Below, piece after piece: positions 18,277 to 29,040 of a stretch of DNA of 32,000 bases. The notes beneath the pieces are model-generated. The model was not told the DNA's origin and ran no database searches. It saw only the letters and a program-made list of their open reading frames with translations. The DNA is taken from the NCBI RefSeq assembly GCF_000008465.1, contig NC_006512.1:2220001-2252000 (forward strand), written 5' to 3'. The translations under genes were made by a program, and so were the position numbers. Position 1 is the stretch's first letter. Each line of letters starts with the position of its first letter. This DNA is from Idiomarina loihiensis L2TR (GTDB taxonomy: Bacteria > Pseudomonadota > Gammaproteobacteria > Enterobacterales > Alteromonadaceae).

Positions 18277-18948
18277 ATGTCAGGCAACGCTGATGCACTC
18301 AAAAAAGCGGCAGCAGAAGCTGCTATGCAATACATTGAAGACGGCACTGTGGTCGGAGTCGGCACCGGCTCAACGGTAAACTTTTTTATCGATGCCCTGG
18401 CCGAACGAAAGCATGACATAGAGGGTGCGGTATCCAGCTCTGAAGCCTCAACCGAGCGCCTGAAATCGCACGGCATTGAAGTGTTTGAGCTTAACTCGGT
18501 TGTGGAGGTACCCATTTACGTAGACGGGGCTGACGAAATTACTGAGCACGGTCAAATGGTTAAAGGCGGCGGTGGCGCATTAACGCGCGAGAAAATTATT
18601 GCCGCAGTAGCCAGGAAGTTTGTTTGCGTTGCAGATGAAAGCAAAATGGTTGGCCGCCTGGGTCAATTCCCGGTGCCGGTTGAAGTTATTCCCATGGCGC
18701 GTTCGTACGTGGCCCGAGAAATTGTGAAGCTGGGCGGAGACCCGGTGTGGCGTCAGGGTTTTACTACCGACAACGGCAACTGGATCCTCGATGTGCATAA
18801 CTTCGATATTATGGAGCCAATGAAACTTGAAGCTGAGCTGAATAATATTGTCGGCGTGGTCACTAACGGGCTGTTTGCCCAGCGCGGCGCTGATATCGCT
18901 TTAATTGCTCGTGAAGACGGAGTACAAACCCTGAAGGTAAGTGGCTAA
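18277..18948 (+). CDS. rpiA: Ribose-5-phosphate isomerase A
   Basis: 223 aa with GVGTGST and DGADE motifs. TAATG overlap with serA. Confidence 0.95.
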
Positions 18949-20174
18949 TGCAGATATCCCTGGCAAAAGACAAAATCAAAGTTTTGCTGCTGGAAGGCGT
19001 TCATGAAAGCGCCATTCAGCTATTTCGGCATCATGGCTATCATAATCTGGAAATACTGCAGACTTCGCTAAGCGAAGACGAGCTGTGCGAAAAAATTAAA
19101 GACGCCCATATTCTTGGTATACGCTCGCGCAGCCAGTTAAACGACCGTGTGTTTGCCGCTGCCGAAAAGCTCATTGCCGTAGGTTGCTTCTGCATTGGTA
19201 CCAATCAGGTTGATTTAGAAGCAGCGAAAAAGCACGGTGTTATTGTTTTTAATGCGCCATTTTCAAATACCCGCAGTGTTGCTGAGCTGGTTTTAGCCGA
19301 AATTATTATGTTGTTGCGCGGCATTCCGGAAAAAAATGCCGTAGCCCACGAAGGCGGCTGGCTTAAATCAGCCAAGCAGTCTTACGAGGCACGCGGAAAA
19401 ATACTCGGCATCGTCGGCTATGGCCACATAGGCAGTCAGCTCAGTGTTCTGGCCGAGCAGCTGGGCATGCACATTCGTTACTTTGATATTGAAGACAAAC
19501 TGCCTATGGGCAATGCTCAGTCGGTAGCCACGTTGGATGACTTACTGGCACAATCCGATATCATCACTTTGCACGTGCCGGAAAATGAGCAAACTCAGTG
19601 GATGATAGGCCGCCGCCAAATTGAGCGCATGAAGCCCGGCAGCCTGCTGATTAACGCGTCGCGCGGAACGGTTGTGGATATAGACGCTCTTGCTGAAGCC
19701 TTGTCTTCACGGCATCTAGCCGGCGCTGCTATTGATGTGTTTCCGGTTGAACCCAAAGGCAACAGCGATGAATTTCTGTCGCCTTTGCGCGGCCTGAAAA
19801 ACTGCCTGTTAACCCCCCACATTGGCGGCTCAACCTTAGAAGCTCAGGAAAATATTGGCGTTGAAGTGGCCGGAAAACTGGTGCGTTATTCCGATAACGG
19901 CTCAACCCTGTCTGCGGTGAACTTCCCTGAAGTTAGCCTGCCGACACACGCAACAGCGCAGCGCCTGCTGCATATTCATAAAAACCAGCCGGGTATGCTA
20001 AACGCCATTAACCGCATTATTAGTGACAATGAAATTAACGTGGTAGGTCAGTACTTACAAACGGATGAGAACGTTGGTTACGTAGTGATGGATATCGACA
20101 GCGATAACGGTGCCGATGTATTGCAGCAACTGAAAGACATTCCGGGCACAATTCGTGCCCGGCGCTTATTCTAG
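18948..20174 (+). CDS. serA: D-3-phosphoglycerate dehydrogenase
   Basis: 408 aa with the GIVGYGHIGSQ NAD-binding motif and a C-terminal ACT-like domain. rpiA-serA linkage. Confidence 0.95.
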   Translation: MQISLAKDKIKVLLLEGVHESAIQLFRHHGYHNLEILQTSLSEDELCEKIKDAHILGIRSRSQLNDRVFAAAEKLIAVGCFCIGTNQVDLEAAKKHGVIVFNAPFSNTRSVAELVLAEIIMLLRGIPEKNAVAHEGGWLKSAKQSYEARGKILGIVGYGHIGSQLSVLAEQLGMHIRYFDIEDKLPMGNAQSVATLDDLLAQSDIITLHVPENEQTQWMIGRRQIERMKPGSLLINASRGTVVDIDALAEALSSRHLAGAAIDVFPVEPKGNSDEFLSPLRGLKNCLLTPHIGGSTLEAQENIGVEVAGKLVRYSDNGSTLSAVNFPEVSLPTHATAQRLLHIHKNQPGMLNAINRIISDNEINVVGQYLQTDENVGYVVMDIDSDNGADVLQQLKDIPGTIRARRLF

Positions 20175-20890
20175 TCTTTTTTACCCATAACCGTGCGTTC
20201 CATGCTCTCTGGCGAGACATGGCGCACGTCTTTGCCTTTCACAAAGAAGATAATGTACTCGGCAATGTTCTGACAACGGTCACCAATACGCTCTAAAGAA
20301 CGTGCAGACCATAGAACATTCATGATTTTTGGAATAGAACGAGAGTCTTCCATCATGTAAGTCATAAGCTGGCGTGTCAGCGCTTCATATTGACGGTCAG
20401 CCTGTTCGTCCTGCTGATGCACGTCATAAGCCGATTCAAGATCCATGCGCGCGAAAGCATCCAGAACTTTATGCAACATGCTTAATACTTGTTGCCCAAG
20501 GTTTTCCAGACTCACCAACAGCTGTTGCTGGTCGTTGTTAAAGCTTTCTTTCGCAACCTTAGCAATGCGCTCGGCTTCGTCGCCAATACGCTCTAAATCA
20601 GCAATGGTTTTGATAATAGCAATAACCAGACGCAAGTCACTGGCAGCGGGCTGACGTTTAGCAATAATGTGTACGCACTCTTCGTCAATCTGCACTTCCA
20701 GCTTATTGACTTTGTGGTCACTGCTCAGCACTTTTTCGGCCAGATCGGCGTCGCCTTTCTGAATTGCCAGCAACGCATCCTGCAATTGCTTTTCAACCAA
20801 ACCGCCCATACTCAATACACGGTTACGCACAGCCTCAAGTTCCTCGTTGAACTTGCCGGAAATGTGCTTGTTCATATTCATCTTATCCAT
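20171..20890 (-). CDS. phoU: Phosphate signalling complex protein PhoU
   Basis: Two PhoU repeats (ERIGD twice). The ATG at 20890 has a GGAGAG SD and gives 239 aa. The ORF-track extension overlapping pstB was rejected. Confidence 0.93.
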   Translation of the reverse strand: MDKMNMNKHISGKFNEELEAVRNRVLSMGGLVEKQLQDALLAIQKGDADLAEKVLSSDHKVNKLEVQIDEECVHIIAKRQPAASDLRLVIAIIKTIADLERIGDEAERIAKVAKESFNNDQQQLLVSLENLGQQVLSMLHKVLDAFARMDLESAYDVHQQDEQADRQYEALTRQLMTYMMEDSRSIPKIMNVLWSARSLERIGDRCQNIAEYIIFFVKGKDVRHVSPESMERTVMGKKD

Positions 20891-20900
20891 GACACTCTCC

Positions 20901-21719
20901 TTAACCGTAACGACCGGTAATATAATCTTCTGTTTGCTTCTCAGACGGGGTCGTAAACAGAGTATCAGTATCGGCGTACTCAATCAGTTTACCCATATAC
21001 AAAAACGCTGTCTGGTCTGAAACGCGCGCGGCCTGCTGCATGTTGTGCGTGACAATAACCACGGTATATTTGTCTTTCAAATCGGTGATCAGCTCTTCAA
21101 TGGTCAAAGTCGAAATAGGATCCAAAGCAGACGTTGGTTCGTCCAGCAACAGAATTTCCGGCTCAATGGCAATAGAACGCGCAATAACCAGACGTTGCTG
21201 CTGACCACCCGACAAACTGAAAGCACTGGCGTTTAGGCGGTCTTTTACTTCATCCCATAAGGCTGCGCCACGCAATGACGTTTCTACCGCTTCATCCAGC
21301 ACTCGTTTGTCTTTTACACCCTGTAAGCGTAGACCATAAACCACGTTCTCATAAATAGACTTAGGGAACGGGTTAGGGCGCTGAAACACCATACCGACAC
21401 GACGACGCAGTGACGCAACATCGACATTCTTGCCGTAAATATTGTGGCCGTGCATATCAATTTGCCCCTCAATACGACAAATTTCAACCAAGTCGTTCAT
21501 GCGGTTAATGCAGCGCAGAAGCGTTGACTTACCACAGCCCGATGGTCCGATAAACGCCGTTACGCGGTTGTTCGGAATGCGCATAGAAATATCATACAAC
21601 GCCTGATCTTCACCGTAGTAAAGATCCAGGTTTTTAATATCTAAAGCAGTCTGTTCTGCTGGCAAGTTGTGTAAGTCCAGCTTTTCTAAGTTGCTTGTAC
21701 TCGGATTTACCGAAATCAT
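20901..21719 (-). CDS. pstB: Phosphate ABC transporter ATP-binding protein
   Basis: GPSGCGKST Walker A, LSGGQQQR signature, [12 protein letters not shown]. The start is set at the ATG 21719 (272 aa). The ORF-track extension overlaps the pstA 3' end. Confidence 0.95.
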   Translation of the reverse strand: MISVNPSTSNLEKLDLHNLPAEQTALDIKNLDLYYGEDQALYDISMRIPNNRVTAFIGPSGCGKSTLLRCINRMNDLVEICRIEGQIDMHGHNIYGKNVDVASLRRRVGMVFQRPNPFPKSIYENVVYGLRLQGVKDKRVLDEAVETSLRGAALWDEVKDRLNASAFSLSGGQQQRLVIARSIAIEPEILLLDEPTSALDPISTLTIEELITDLKDKYTVVIVTHNMQQAARVSDQTAFLYMGKLIEYADTDTLFTTPSEKQTEDYITGRYG

Positions 21720-21765
21720 AAGTTCAGACCTTTTCGCTAATTCATCAAAACTTTCGTGCTCAACT

Positions 21766-23421
21766 TTAATGCTCAAGTGAGCGGTATTTTTCACGTAAGT
21801 GGTTACGTACGCCAATGGCTGTTAAGTTCAAACCGACAATAACGGTTATCAACAAGAAAGACGTAGCGTAAACCAGCGGCCGGGCAGCCTCGACGTTCGG
21901 GCTCTGGAAGCCTACGTCGTAAATATGAAAGCCCAGATGCATAAATTTTCTGTCCAGATGGAAGTAAGGAAAGTTTCCGTCCAGCGGCAACATAGGCGCC
22001 GACTTAACCACACCCACCAGCATCAATGGTGCAACTTCACCTGCAGCACGGGCAACGGCCAGGATCAAACCGGTCATAATAGCCGGTGACGCCATAGGCA
22101 GAACAATGCGCCAAATGGTTTCCCACTTAGTAGCCCCCAAAGACAAACTACCTTCGCGCAACGAGGGTGGAATACGGGACAAACCTTCTTCGGTCGATAC
22201 AATCACCACCGGTAGAGTCAGAATAGCCAGAGTTACCGCAGACCACAGAACGCCTGGCGTACCAAAGGTCGGGCTGGGCAAGGCTTCCGGATAAAACACC
22301 TGGTCGAGACTACCGCCCACCATGTAAACAAAGAAACCTAAACCAAACACACCATAAACAATAGATGGCACACCCGCGAGGTTGATAACCGCTATACGAA
22401 TCAGCTTGGTCACGGCGTTTTTACCCGCGTACTCGTGCAAGTAAACAGCCGCAATAACACCAAAGGGCGTCACAATAATCGACATTAACAGCACCATAAA
22501 AACGGTACCGAAAATTGCCGGGAATACACCGCCCTCGGTATTGGCTTCACGCGGAGGTTCAGATACAAACTTACCAATTTGCTGGAAGAAATGCCCTATT
22601 TTTGAGAAAAAACCCATGTCGTTAGGGAAGTTCACATCCAGCACCTGATACATAGGTACTTTTATTTCCTCACCACGCATGTCGCGCATAATCAGTGAAT
22701 CGCGACCCGCTTTATCGCGCAGTGCAAACAGCTCTTTTTCATACTCAAGATACTCGTTATGCAGCTCTTCGCGACGACGTTCAATGTCGTCCATGGCTTC
22801 CTGAGTTAAGTTCCCCTCAAGCTCAAGACTGCGGCTCTCAAGATTGAGCTGGTTTAGCTTGTAATTAACCGCACCTATTTCGCCTTCCTGCAGCGCCATG
22901 GCTTCTTCATTAAGCTCTACCGCTCGTTCCATGCGTTGAAACAGCTCTTCACGCAAGTTGCCTTGTGTCGCAACTCGCTCCCCCTGCTGCTCAATCGCAA
23001 CTGGATAACCATAAAAGTTACCGTCTTTGGTTCGTTCAATAACGGCCAGATCAGCTGGCGTTTCGTCCGCACGAATCGCAGGCCCTAACACCCAGGCAAA
23101 ATCGAGAGGCACATACTCACGGTTACCAATTTTCATTAGGTAACGAGTCACTTCCTCTTCTTCATAGCCGTCCATGATAGTGCCTGCGTCACTCACTCGT
23201 GACGTTGGCACCGACTCGCTTTCATAAATTTCACCAATTAACGTGCGCGTTGAACCGTCAGCCTGTTCAATAGACATTTCGTGAATAGCTGAAGGCCAGA
23301 AAAAAGACAGCCCGCGCCAGCCAATCATAAGCACCAGCCCGATAACGGCTATCAGACTGATACTAACTGAACCGGCGGTTAACCAGATCCAGGGCTTTCC
23401 GGATTTAAACCATGTATTCAT
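21766..23421 (-). CDS. pstA: Phosphate ABC transporter permease PstA, long form (551 aa)
   Basis: The C-terminal half has permease TM segments. A long insert follows TM1. Located between pstC and pstB. Confidence 0.9.
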   Translation of the reverse strand: MNTWFKSGKPWIWLTAGSVSISLIAVIGLVLMIGWRGLSFFWPSAIHEMSIEQADGSTRTLIGEIYESESVPTSRVSDAGTIMDGYEEEEVTRYLMKIGNREYVPLDFAWVLGPAIRADETPADLAVIERTKDGNFYGYPVAIEQQGERVATQGNLREELFQRMERAVELNEEAMALQEGEIGAVNYKLNQLNLESRSLELEGNLTQEAMDDIERRREELHNEYLEYEKELFALRDKAGRDSLIMRDMRGEEIKVPMYQVLDVNFPNDMGFFSKIGHFFQQIGKFVSEPPREANTEGGVFPAIFGTVFMVLLMSIIVTPFGVIAAVYLHEYAGKNAVTKLIRIAVINLAGVPSIVYGVFGLGFFVYMVGGSLDQVFYPEALPSPTFGTPGVLWSAVTLAILTLPVVIVSTEEGLSRIPPSLREGSLSLGATKWETIWRIVLPMASPAIMTGLILAVARAAGEVAPLMLVGVVKSAPMLPLDGNFPYFHLDRKFMHLGFHIYDVGFQSPNVEAARPLVYATSFLLITVIVGLNLTAIGVRNHLREKYRSLEH

Positions 23422-23444
23422 TGCTATAAACCTCTGTTCCGGAA

Positions 23445-25709
23445 TTACATCGAGCTGTATTTGTCACGCAAGCGTTGACGGACAAATTCAGCAATGGTGT
23501 TAAAGAAGAAGGTAAATATGAACAGCACAAAAGCTGCCAGGAACAAGATTCGGTAGTGCGAGCTACCAACCTCAGATTCCGGCATCTCGACCGCAATGTT
23601 GGCAGATAAGGTGCGCATACCTTCGAAGATGTTCCAGTCCATAATTGGCGTATTACCGGTAGCCATCAGAACAATCATGGTTTCGCCCACAGCGCGCCCC
23701 AGACCCATCATAACCGCCGAGAAAATTCCCGGACTTGCAGTTAACAAAATGACTTTAGTCAGTGTCTGCCATGGGGTAGCACCCAATGCCAGAGAGCCAT
23801 TAGATAAATGCTTAGGCACACTGAATACCGCATCTTCGGCAATAGAGAAGATGGTTGGAATAACCGCAAAGCCCATGGCGATACCCACAACCAGCGAGTT
23901 ACGTTGGTCAAAGGTTATGCCTAGTTCATTGGTTAAATAGCCACGCACATTACCGTCAAACAGGACTTCCTCAACCCAGGGGCTCAGACCAAACGAGAAC
24001 CAGCCAACCAGCAGAACCACAGGAATAAGCAGCAATGCAGCGCGACCGTCAGTTACGGTGTTACGAATATTCGGCGGTAGCTTTGACCATAAAAATGCCG
24101 TTAGTATGATGGTTGCCGGCACCAGCAACAGCACCGCTATCAGCCCGGGCAGGTACCTCTCTATGACAGGTGCAAGCCAAAGACCCGCTAAGAAACCAAG
24201 GATAACGGTAGGCAGAGCTTCCATGATTTCTACCGTCGGTTTTACGTATTTACGCACCGAAGGCGACATGAAATAGGCGGTATAAACCGCAGCCGCTAAA
24301 CCAATGGGTACTGCGAACAGCATCGCGTAGGCGGCAGCTTTTATAGTACCGAAAGAAATAGGCACCAAACTGAATTTAGATTCAAAGTCATCGGAGCCGG
24401 AGGTCGACTGCCAGGTGTAGTCAGGCTCCGGGTAACCTTCGTACCAGACTTCCTGCCACATAGCGCTCCAGGTTACCTCAGGGTGCTCATTATCAACATC
24501 GAAGACACTAAAGCGATCGCCGCTTTGCATAATCAGATAATTTGCCCGCGGATCTACCATGACATTCTGTAGCTTGTCTTCTAACGGTTTGCCCCGGTAT
24601 AAATCGGCTTCAGAGGTGGTGTGGAAAATACCCAAATCGCCATTTTCAGAAACCGTGTAAAAGGTCCGGCGATAGTATTCAACTTCAATGTTCTCAACCG
24701 GAGAGCCTGCGTCAAAAGAGCGGATGTACTGGTATTCACGCCCCTCGTCGGTCGATACCTGGAACCACTGAGAAATAAGCCCGGAGTCGTGAGTTAAGAG
24801 CACCGAACTGGCGCCGGCCAACAAGTACATACCCGTTGCATTGCCTTGCTCGCGAGAATCAATAATGATCAGTTCGCGCTCTTTTACGTTCCCGGCTAAG
24901 TCCACATCAAAGACGTGTACCCGGTTACCACGACGAGCCATAACCTGACGCAAATCCGGGGTGACAATCAAATCATCAATATTGCCGTTGAGGCTGACGC
25001 GATGAAAAACGGGCTTTAAGGTTACCTCGCCGGTCATGAAGTTTTCTTCAGCGGCGTACTTAGTAATCAATAAGTTATTGCCGCCCTGAACAGCCGCAAA
25101 CAGCATTGCTTCGCCATCGGTATCGTAAGCCAGTTTTTCCAGCGCCTCGCCATTCTCATCAACCACCAGTGGTTCGCCATCATTCAGGGTCTCAATGCGT
25201 GGCGTAATGGTGCGCTCGGTTAGACCGGTTTCCGGGGTTTCCGCGAAAGTGACCCCGAATTTAGGTTGCAGAACAACCGCGGAACCGTCATTTAAGCCGT
25301 AGGCATATTGCTTGTTTACCGGAAGGCTACTGGCAAAACTGGTAATTTTGTCGCTATCGGCAACCTGCTCCCAGCTAATAATATCACCGGCTTTGCGCTC
25401 AGCAGCCGCTTTATCCTGTAAAGCAAAAAACTGAAACTCGCCGGTGTCCATCAGGCGATAACCAATTTCGGCCTGCTCTTCCATACCCACAGCATTAACA
25501 CCGGCACTGTTTGGCAAAGAGAAGCTTTGTTGCTCAGTTAAGTCAACTGAGCGAAAAATTGGCTGGACAACATAGAGTAGGTAGAAAAAGATAAGCAACA
25601 GTGCTACCAGAACCATAATACCACCTAAGGTGACACCATAGCGTGCGGCACGATCTTTAAATAATCGGCCCCGATTAGCGGCTAGTTGTTGAGCTGACAG
25701 TGATGCCAT
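23445..25709 (-). CDS. pstC: Phosphate ABC transporter permease PstC, long form with about 420-aa N-terminal periplasmic domain
   Basis: The C-terminal ~300 aa is the permease core. The ATG at 25709 is preceded by GAGG; the ORF-track start at 25721 is a TTG. The N-terminal domain shows recurring strand-like motifs (GNRVHVFDVD, GDRFSVFDVD, GDLGIFHTTS, SGLISQWFQVS). Confidence 0.9.
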   Translation of the reverse strand: MASLSAQQLAANRGRLFKDRAARYGVTLGGIMVLVALLLIFFYLLYVVQPIFRSVDLTEQQSFSLPNSAGVNAVGMEEQAEIGYRLMDTGEFQFFALQDKAAAERKAGDIISWEQVADSDKITSFASSLPVNKQYAYGLNDGSAVVLQPKFGVTFAETPETGLTERTITPRIETLNDGEPLVVDENGEALEKLAYDTDGEAMLFAAVQGGNNLLITKYAAEENFMTGEVTLKPVFHRVSLNGNIDDLIVTPDLRQVMARRGNRVHVFDVDLAGNVKERELIIIDSREQGNATGMYLLAGASSVLLTHDSGLISQWFQVSTDEGREYQYIRSFDAGSPVENIEVEYYRRTFYTVSENGDLGIFHTTSEADLYRGKPLEDKLQNVMVDPRANYLIMQSGDRFSVFDVDNEHPEVTWSAMWQEVWYEGYPEPDYTWQSTSGSDDFESKFSLVPISFGTIKAAAYAMLFAVPIGLAAAVYTAYFMSPSVRKYVKPTVEIMEALPTVILGFLAGLWLAPVIERYLPGLIAVLLLVPATIILTAFLWSKLPPNIRNTVTDGRAALLLIPVVLLVGWFSFGLSPWVEEVLFDGNVRGYLTNELGITFDQRNSLVVGIAMGFAVIPTIFSIAEDAVFSVPKHLSNGSLALGATPWQTLTKVILLTASPGIFSAVMMGLGRAVGETMIVLMATGNTPIMDWNIFEGMRTLSANIAVEMPESEVGSSHYRILFLAAFVLFIFTFFFNTIAEFVRQRLRDKYSSM

Positions 25710-25748
25710 CAGAAACCTCAAGTTTGAATACGCGTTACTAAAAGTCTG

Positions 25749-25797
25749 CAGACAGTTTAGTTGAATAATATGACAGTATTGTTACACCGCTGTCATA
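25749..25797 (-). promoter_or_regulatory. Candidate internal Pho boxes upstream of pstC
   Basis: The minus strand reads GTGTAACAATA CTGTCATATTA TTCAACTAAAC TGTCTGCAG, an approximately 11-nt-periodic set of CTGTCAT-like half sites after the pstS terminator. One unit is out of register by 1 nt. Confidence 0.4.
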
Positions 25798-25823
25798 ATT
25801 TCTTAATAATGCCGTAATAGTTA

Positions 25824-25852
25824 TAAAAAAAGCCGGCAGCAAGCTACCGGCT
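25824..25852 (-). terminator. Rho-independent terminator/attenuator after pstS
   Basis: On the minus strand, AGCCGGTAGC..GCTGCCGGCT (one G-U pair) is followed by 7 T. Confidence 0.75.
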
Positions 25853-25871
25853 ATTCCTTTAGAAGGTTAAA

Positions 25872-26849
25872 TTAATCTAAACCAAGCTTCTTCAGTTCAG
25901 CTTCAACTACCGCTTTTGGTAAGCCGATATAACCGTCTTTATTGACGATATCCTGACCTGTTTTTGACAAAATCATGCGCAGGAATTCACCTTCCGCTTT
26001 GCCCAAAGGTTTAGTCGGGTGCTTGTTCACGTAGATGTACAGGAAGCGCGCTAATGGATACTGACCTGCCAACGCATTCTCAGCTGTCGCGCCAATAAAT
26101 TCCTGGCCTTCGGCTTTGGCGATAGGTACCGCTTTAACGCCTGACGTTACATAACCAATACCGGAATAACCAATCGCATTAATTGAGGTAGAGACTGACT
26201 GCACAACAGACGCTGAACCTGGCTGCTCATTCACGTTCGAACGGAAGTCGCCATCACATAACGCCACTTCTTTAAAGTAACCGTAAGTGCCGGATACCGA
26301 GTTACGGCCATAAAGCTGTAAGTCGCGGTTGCTCCATTCACCATCCATATCCAGGTCGCCCCAGCGGTTCACTTGCTCGTTCAGGCCACATTTACGAGTT
26401 GATGAAAATATTGCATCAACTTCAGGAATTGTCAGACCTTCAATTGGATTATCTTTGTGTACGAATACCGCCAATGCATCAATGGCAACGCGAACCGGAG
26501 TCGGCTTGTAACCGTGACGCTTTTCAAAAGATTCAATTTCTTTTGATTTCATTGCGCGACTCATAGGACCGAAGTTTGAGGTACCTTCGGTTAAAGCTGG
26601 AGGCGCGGTTGAAGAACCTGCCGCCTGCACCTGAATGTTCACACTTGGATAGTTGCGCTTAAACTCTTCACTCCAGAAGGTCACCATATTAGCTAAGGTA
26701 TCAGAACCAACTGAAGATAAATTGCCTGATAAACCGCTGACTTTTTCGTATTCTGGTAAATCGTCAGTTGCCGCAGCTAACGAACTAAACGCCAGCGAAC
26801 CTGCAACAACCAAACCGGTTAATGTTTTGTTCAAAGTTGATTGAAACAT
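25872..26849 (-). CDS. pstS: Phosphate ABC transporter substrate-binding protein
   Basis: 325 aa with a signal peptide and PBP-like sequence. First gene of the pst operon, with Pho boxes upstream. Confidence 0.9.
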   Translation of the reverse strand: MFQSTLNKTLTGLVVAGSLAFSSLAAATDDLPEYEKVSGLSGNLSSVGSDTLANMVTFWSEEFKRNYPSVNIQVQAAGSSTAPPALTEGTSNFGPMSRAMKSKEIESFEKRHGYKPTPVRVAIDALAVFVHKDNPIEGLTIPEVDAIFSSTRKCGLNEQVNRWGDLDMDGEWSNRDLQLYGRNSVSGTYGYFKEVALCDGDFRSNVNEQPGSASVVQSVSTSINAIGYSGIGYVTSGVKAVPIAKAEGQEFIGATAENALAGQYPLARFLYIYVNKHPTKPLGKAEGEFLRMILSKTGQDIVNKDGYIGLPKAVVEAELKKLGLD

Positions 26850-26901
26850 AGTGTATTCACCTCTAAGGGTTATTGAACTGTTTTCGAATTGTGGTCAGTT
26901 T

Positions 26902-26948
26902 AAGACGGTTATGTGACAACTTTATGACAATATGAAAATTTTATGACT
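26902..26948 (-). promoter_or_regulatory. Pho box array (PhoB binding sites) of the pstS promoter
   Basis: The minus strand reads AGTCATAAAATTTTCATAT TTGTCATAAAGTTGTCACAT AACCGTCTT. The core TTGTCATAAAGTTGTCAC closely matches the E. coli consensus CTGTCATA(A/T)A(T/A)CTGT(C/A)A(C/T). The array overlaps the phoR stop codon (26947..26949). Confidence 0.8.
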
Positions 26949-28242
26949 AACTGACTAATAGCCCGCTCGGTATACGAAATGAGAAACGGCTGCCCTTTTC
27001 CAGCGAGCTATTAATGTCTAGTTGCGAGTTGTGATGTTCTATTGCGTGCTTCACTATCGACAGCCCCAACCCGGTGCCACCACTGGCACTGTTGCGATCA
27101 TCCTCAACCCGGTAGAAACGTTCGGTAAGGCGCGGCAAGTGTTCTGCAGCAATACCTTTACCGTTATCTTTAACACTGAACTCAACACCACCGGCTACGG
27201 TTTTCCAGGTGACTTTTATTTCACCGCCGTCGGGTGTGTAATTAATAGCATTGGTTATTAAATTCTGCATCGCACTGCGCAGCAGGTTTTCCTTGCCGTA
27301 AATTCGCACGGGCGCAACGTCAAACTCAATTTTATGTTGTTTCACTTCATTTAAACGCTTCGCTTCAGACTCTAACTGTTCCAGCAAAGCTGGCATATCC
27401 ACTTCGTGATCAAAGACATCATTACTTGGCGTTTCCATGCGCGACAGGGTGAGTAACTGATCTACCAGATTAGCCATACGAGTGCTTTGCGCATTCATGT
27501 TCTCGACCGCTTTTTTCAGCATAGCCGGTGGCGTCTGCTGCGGCTCATCCATCATTTCCAGATAACCCTGTAATACTGTCAGCGGCGTTTTCAGTTCATG
27601 AGACACGTTAGCCACAAACTCACGACGTAAGTTCTCAAGGCGTTTTACCTGAGTGACGTCACGGGCAACCAGAAGAAACTGGTCTTCGCTGTAAGGCATA
27701 ATGCGAATTTCAATGTCCAGGCTTTCGCGAATGGGTGAAGGAATCGTCAGTTCTTCGTCAAAATTACCGGCGTTCAGGTAGGCATAGAATTCAGGATGCC
27801 GAATCAGGTTCGATAACCGCTGTCCGGCATCGTCCGGCCAACGCAAACCAAAATAGAACTGCGCCAGCTTGTTACTCCACAACAACGCGCCGTCAGCACG
27901 GAACACAATAGCAGCGTCAGGCAAAGCTTCAGCCGCTTCACGAAAACGGCGTAATAAGCGCGCTAAAGCCTTACGACGTTTTTGGCTGCGCCGCTGCGAG
28001 CGATAAATACCGTCGTAAATATACGACCAACTGCCCGGCGCGGAAGGCGGCATTAAGGTACGGCTTTGCCATAACCACTTAATAAGCTTTTGCTGGTAGT
28101 AATAGTGCCAGCAAACCAGTCCTAATAGGGCCAGAGCCGTTACCGGCCAGAACAGGTCAAACAGCCAGCCAATAAATAAAAACGGCAGCAGGAATAAGGC
28201 AAGACTGGTCAGTGACTGCCAGTTGGAGTAGTTCCTGTCCAT
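26947..28242 (-). CDS. phoR: Phosphate regulon sensor histidine kinase
   Basis: 431 aa with two N-terminal TM helices, a PAS-like region, the H-box FVANVSHELKTPLT and the HATPase G-box GGTGLGLSIV. Immediately downstream of phoB. Confidence 0.93.
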   Translation of the reverse strand: MDRNYSNWQSLTSLALFLLPFLFIGWLFDLFWPVTALALLGLVCWHYYYQQKLIKWLWQSRTLMPPSAPGSWSYIYDGIYRSQRRSQKRRKALARLLRRFREAAEALPDAAIVFRADGALLWSNKLAQFYFGLRWPDDAGQRLSNLIRHPEFYAYLNAGNFDEELTIPSPIRESLDIEIRIMPYSEDQFLLVARDVTQVKRLENLRREFVANVSHELKTPLTVLQGYLEMMDEPQQTPPAMLKKAVENMNAQSTRMANLVDQLLTLSRMETPSNDVFDHEVDMPALLEQLESEAKRLNEVKQHKIEFDVAPVRIYGKENLLRSAMQNLITNAINYTPDGGEIKVTWKTVAGGVEFSVKDNGKGIAAEHLPRLTERFYRVEDDRNSASGGTGLGLSIVKHAIEHHNSQLDINSSLEKGSRFSFRIPSGLLVS

Positions 28243-28259
28243 ACTAAATCAGCCTGCGC

Positions 28260-28946
28260 TTAGCGACTTGAAAAACGATAGCCAACTCCCCGAACCGTTT
28301 GAATCAAACGGTCATAACCATGTTCGGTCAGGGCTTTACGCAAACGGCGAATATGAACATCAACAGTTCGGTCTTCCACATACACGTTGGTGCCCCAAAC
28401 GTGGTCCAGCAGCTGTTCACGACTGTATACCCGCTCCGGGTGTGTCATAAAAAAGTGCAGTAGTTTGAACTCTGTCGGGCCCATATCAATGCCTTTGTCA
28501 TCGACCGAAATACGGTGCGATACCGGATCAAGTTTTAAGCCTTCAACTTCCAGCGGTTCGTCGAGCACGGTTGGCGCAACGCGGCGAAAAACGGCGCGCA
28601 TGCGGGCCATAAGCTCTTTTGGGGAAAAAGGTTTGGTAATATAGTCATCAGCACCCACTTCCAGGCCTTTAACTTTATCTTCTTCTTCGCCTCTTGCGGT
28701 GAGCATGATGATAGGAATATTACGGGTAAAATCATCGCCTTTAATTTTTTTAGCCAGCTGCAGACCTGAGCCGCCCGGAAGCATCCAGTCCAGTAACACC
28801 ATATCCGGATAGGGTTCGGCAATTTTATCGACAGCAGCGTCAAAGTCGTTGGCTTCCACAGCTTGATAACCGTGTTGTTCCATAACAAAGCTCAACATCT
28901 CACGAATAGGCGCTTCATCTTCAACAATTAGAATTCTACGTGACAT
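28260..28946 (-). CDS. phoB: Phosphate regulon response regulator
   Basis: OmpR/PhoB-family receiver plus winged helix. The ATG at 28946 ([11 protein letters not shown]) gives 228 aa by these coordinates, close to my recollection of about 229 aa for E. coli PhoB. The ORF-track 11-aa extension was rejected. Confidence 0.93.
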   Translation of the reverse strand: MSRRILIVEDEAPIREMLSFVMEQHGYQAVEANDFDAAVDKIAEPYPDMVLLDWMLPGGSGLQLAKKIKGDDFTRNIPIIMLTARGEEEDKVKGLEVGADDYITKPFSPKELMARMRAVFRRVAPTVLDEPLEVEGLKLDPVSHRISVDDKGIDMGPTEFKLLHFFMTHPERVYSREQLLDHVWGTNVYVEDRTVDVHIRRLRKALTEHGYDRLIQTVRGVGYRFSSR

Positions 28947-28992
28947 GCATTGTTTCCCTAATATGAACTGATGGTTCAATTATTACTAAAGA

Positions 28993-29010
28993 ATATGACA
29001 CTTTTATGAA
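28993..29010 (-). promoter_or_regulatory. Pho box upstream of phoB
   Basis: The minus strand reads TTCATAAAAGTGTCATAT, followed about 5 nt later by TAGTAAT as a possible -10. Confidence 0.7.
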
Positions 29011-29040
29011 TCTAGACACATCTCTGTCAAATTTCTTATA

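Noticed and set aside
17483-18515. Minus-strand ORFs 17483..17707 and 18105..18515, and the 17556 start of the cyclo-ligase ORF
   Set aside because: They are antisense to or overlap supported genes. The 17556 start would overlap the divergent amidohydrolase start codon, and the ATG at 17616 gives a normal-length protein.
20890-20983. N-terminal extensions in the ORF track for phoU (to 20983), pstB (to 21815), phoB (to 28979), ubiI (to 12318), pstC (to 25721), pepP (to 14746) and the porin (to 31030)
   Set aside because: Each extension overlaps the upstream gene or begins at a non-ATG codon without an SD. In each case an internal ATG with a good SD restores the family-typical length.
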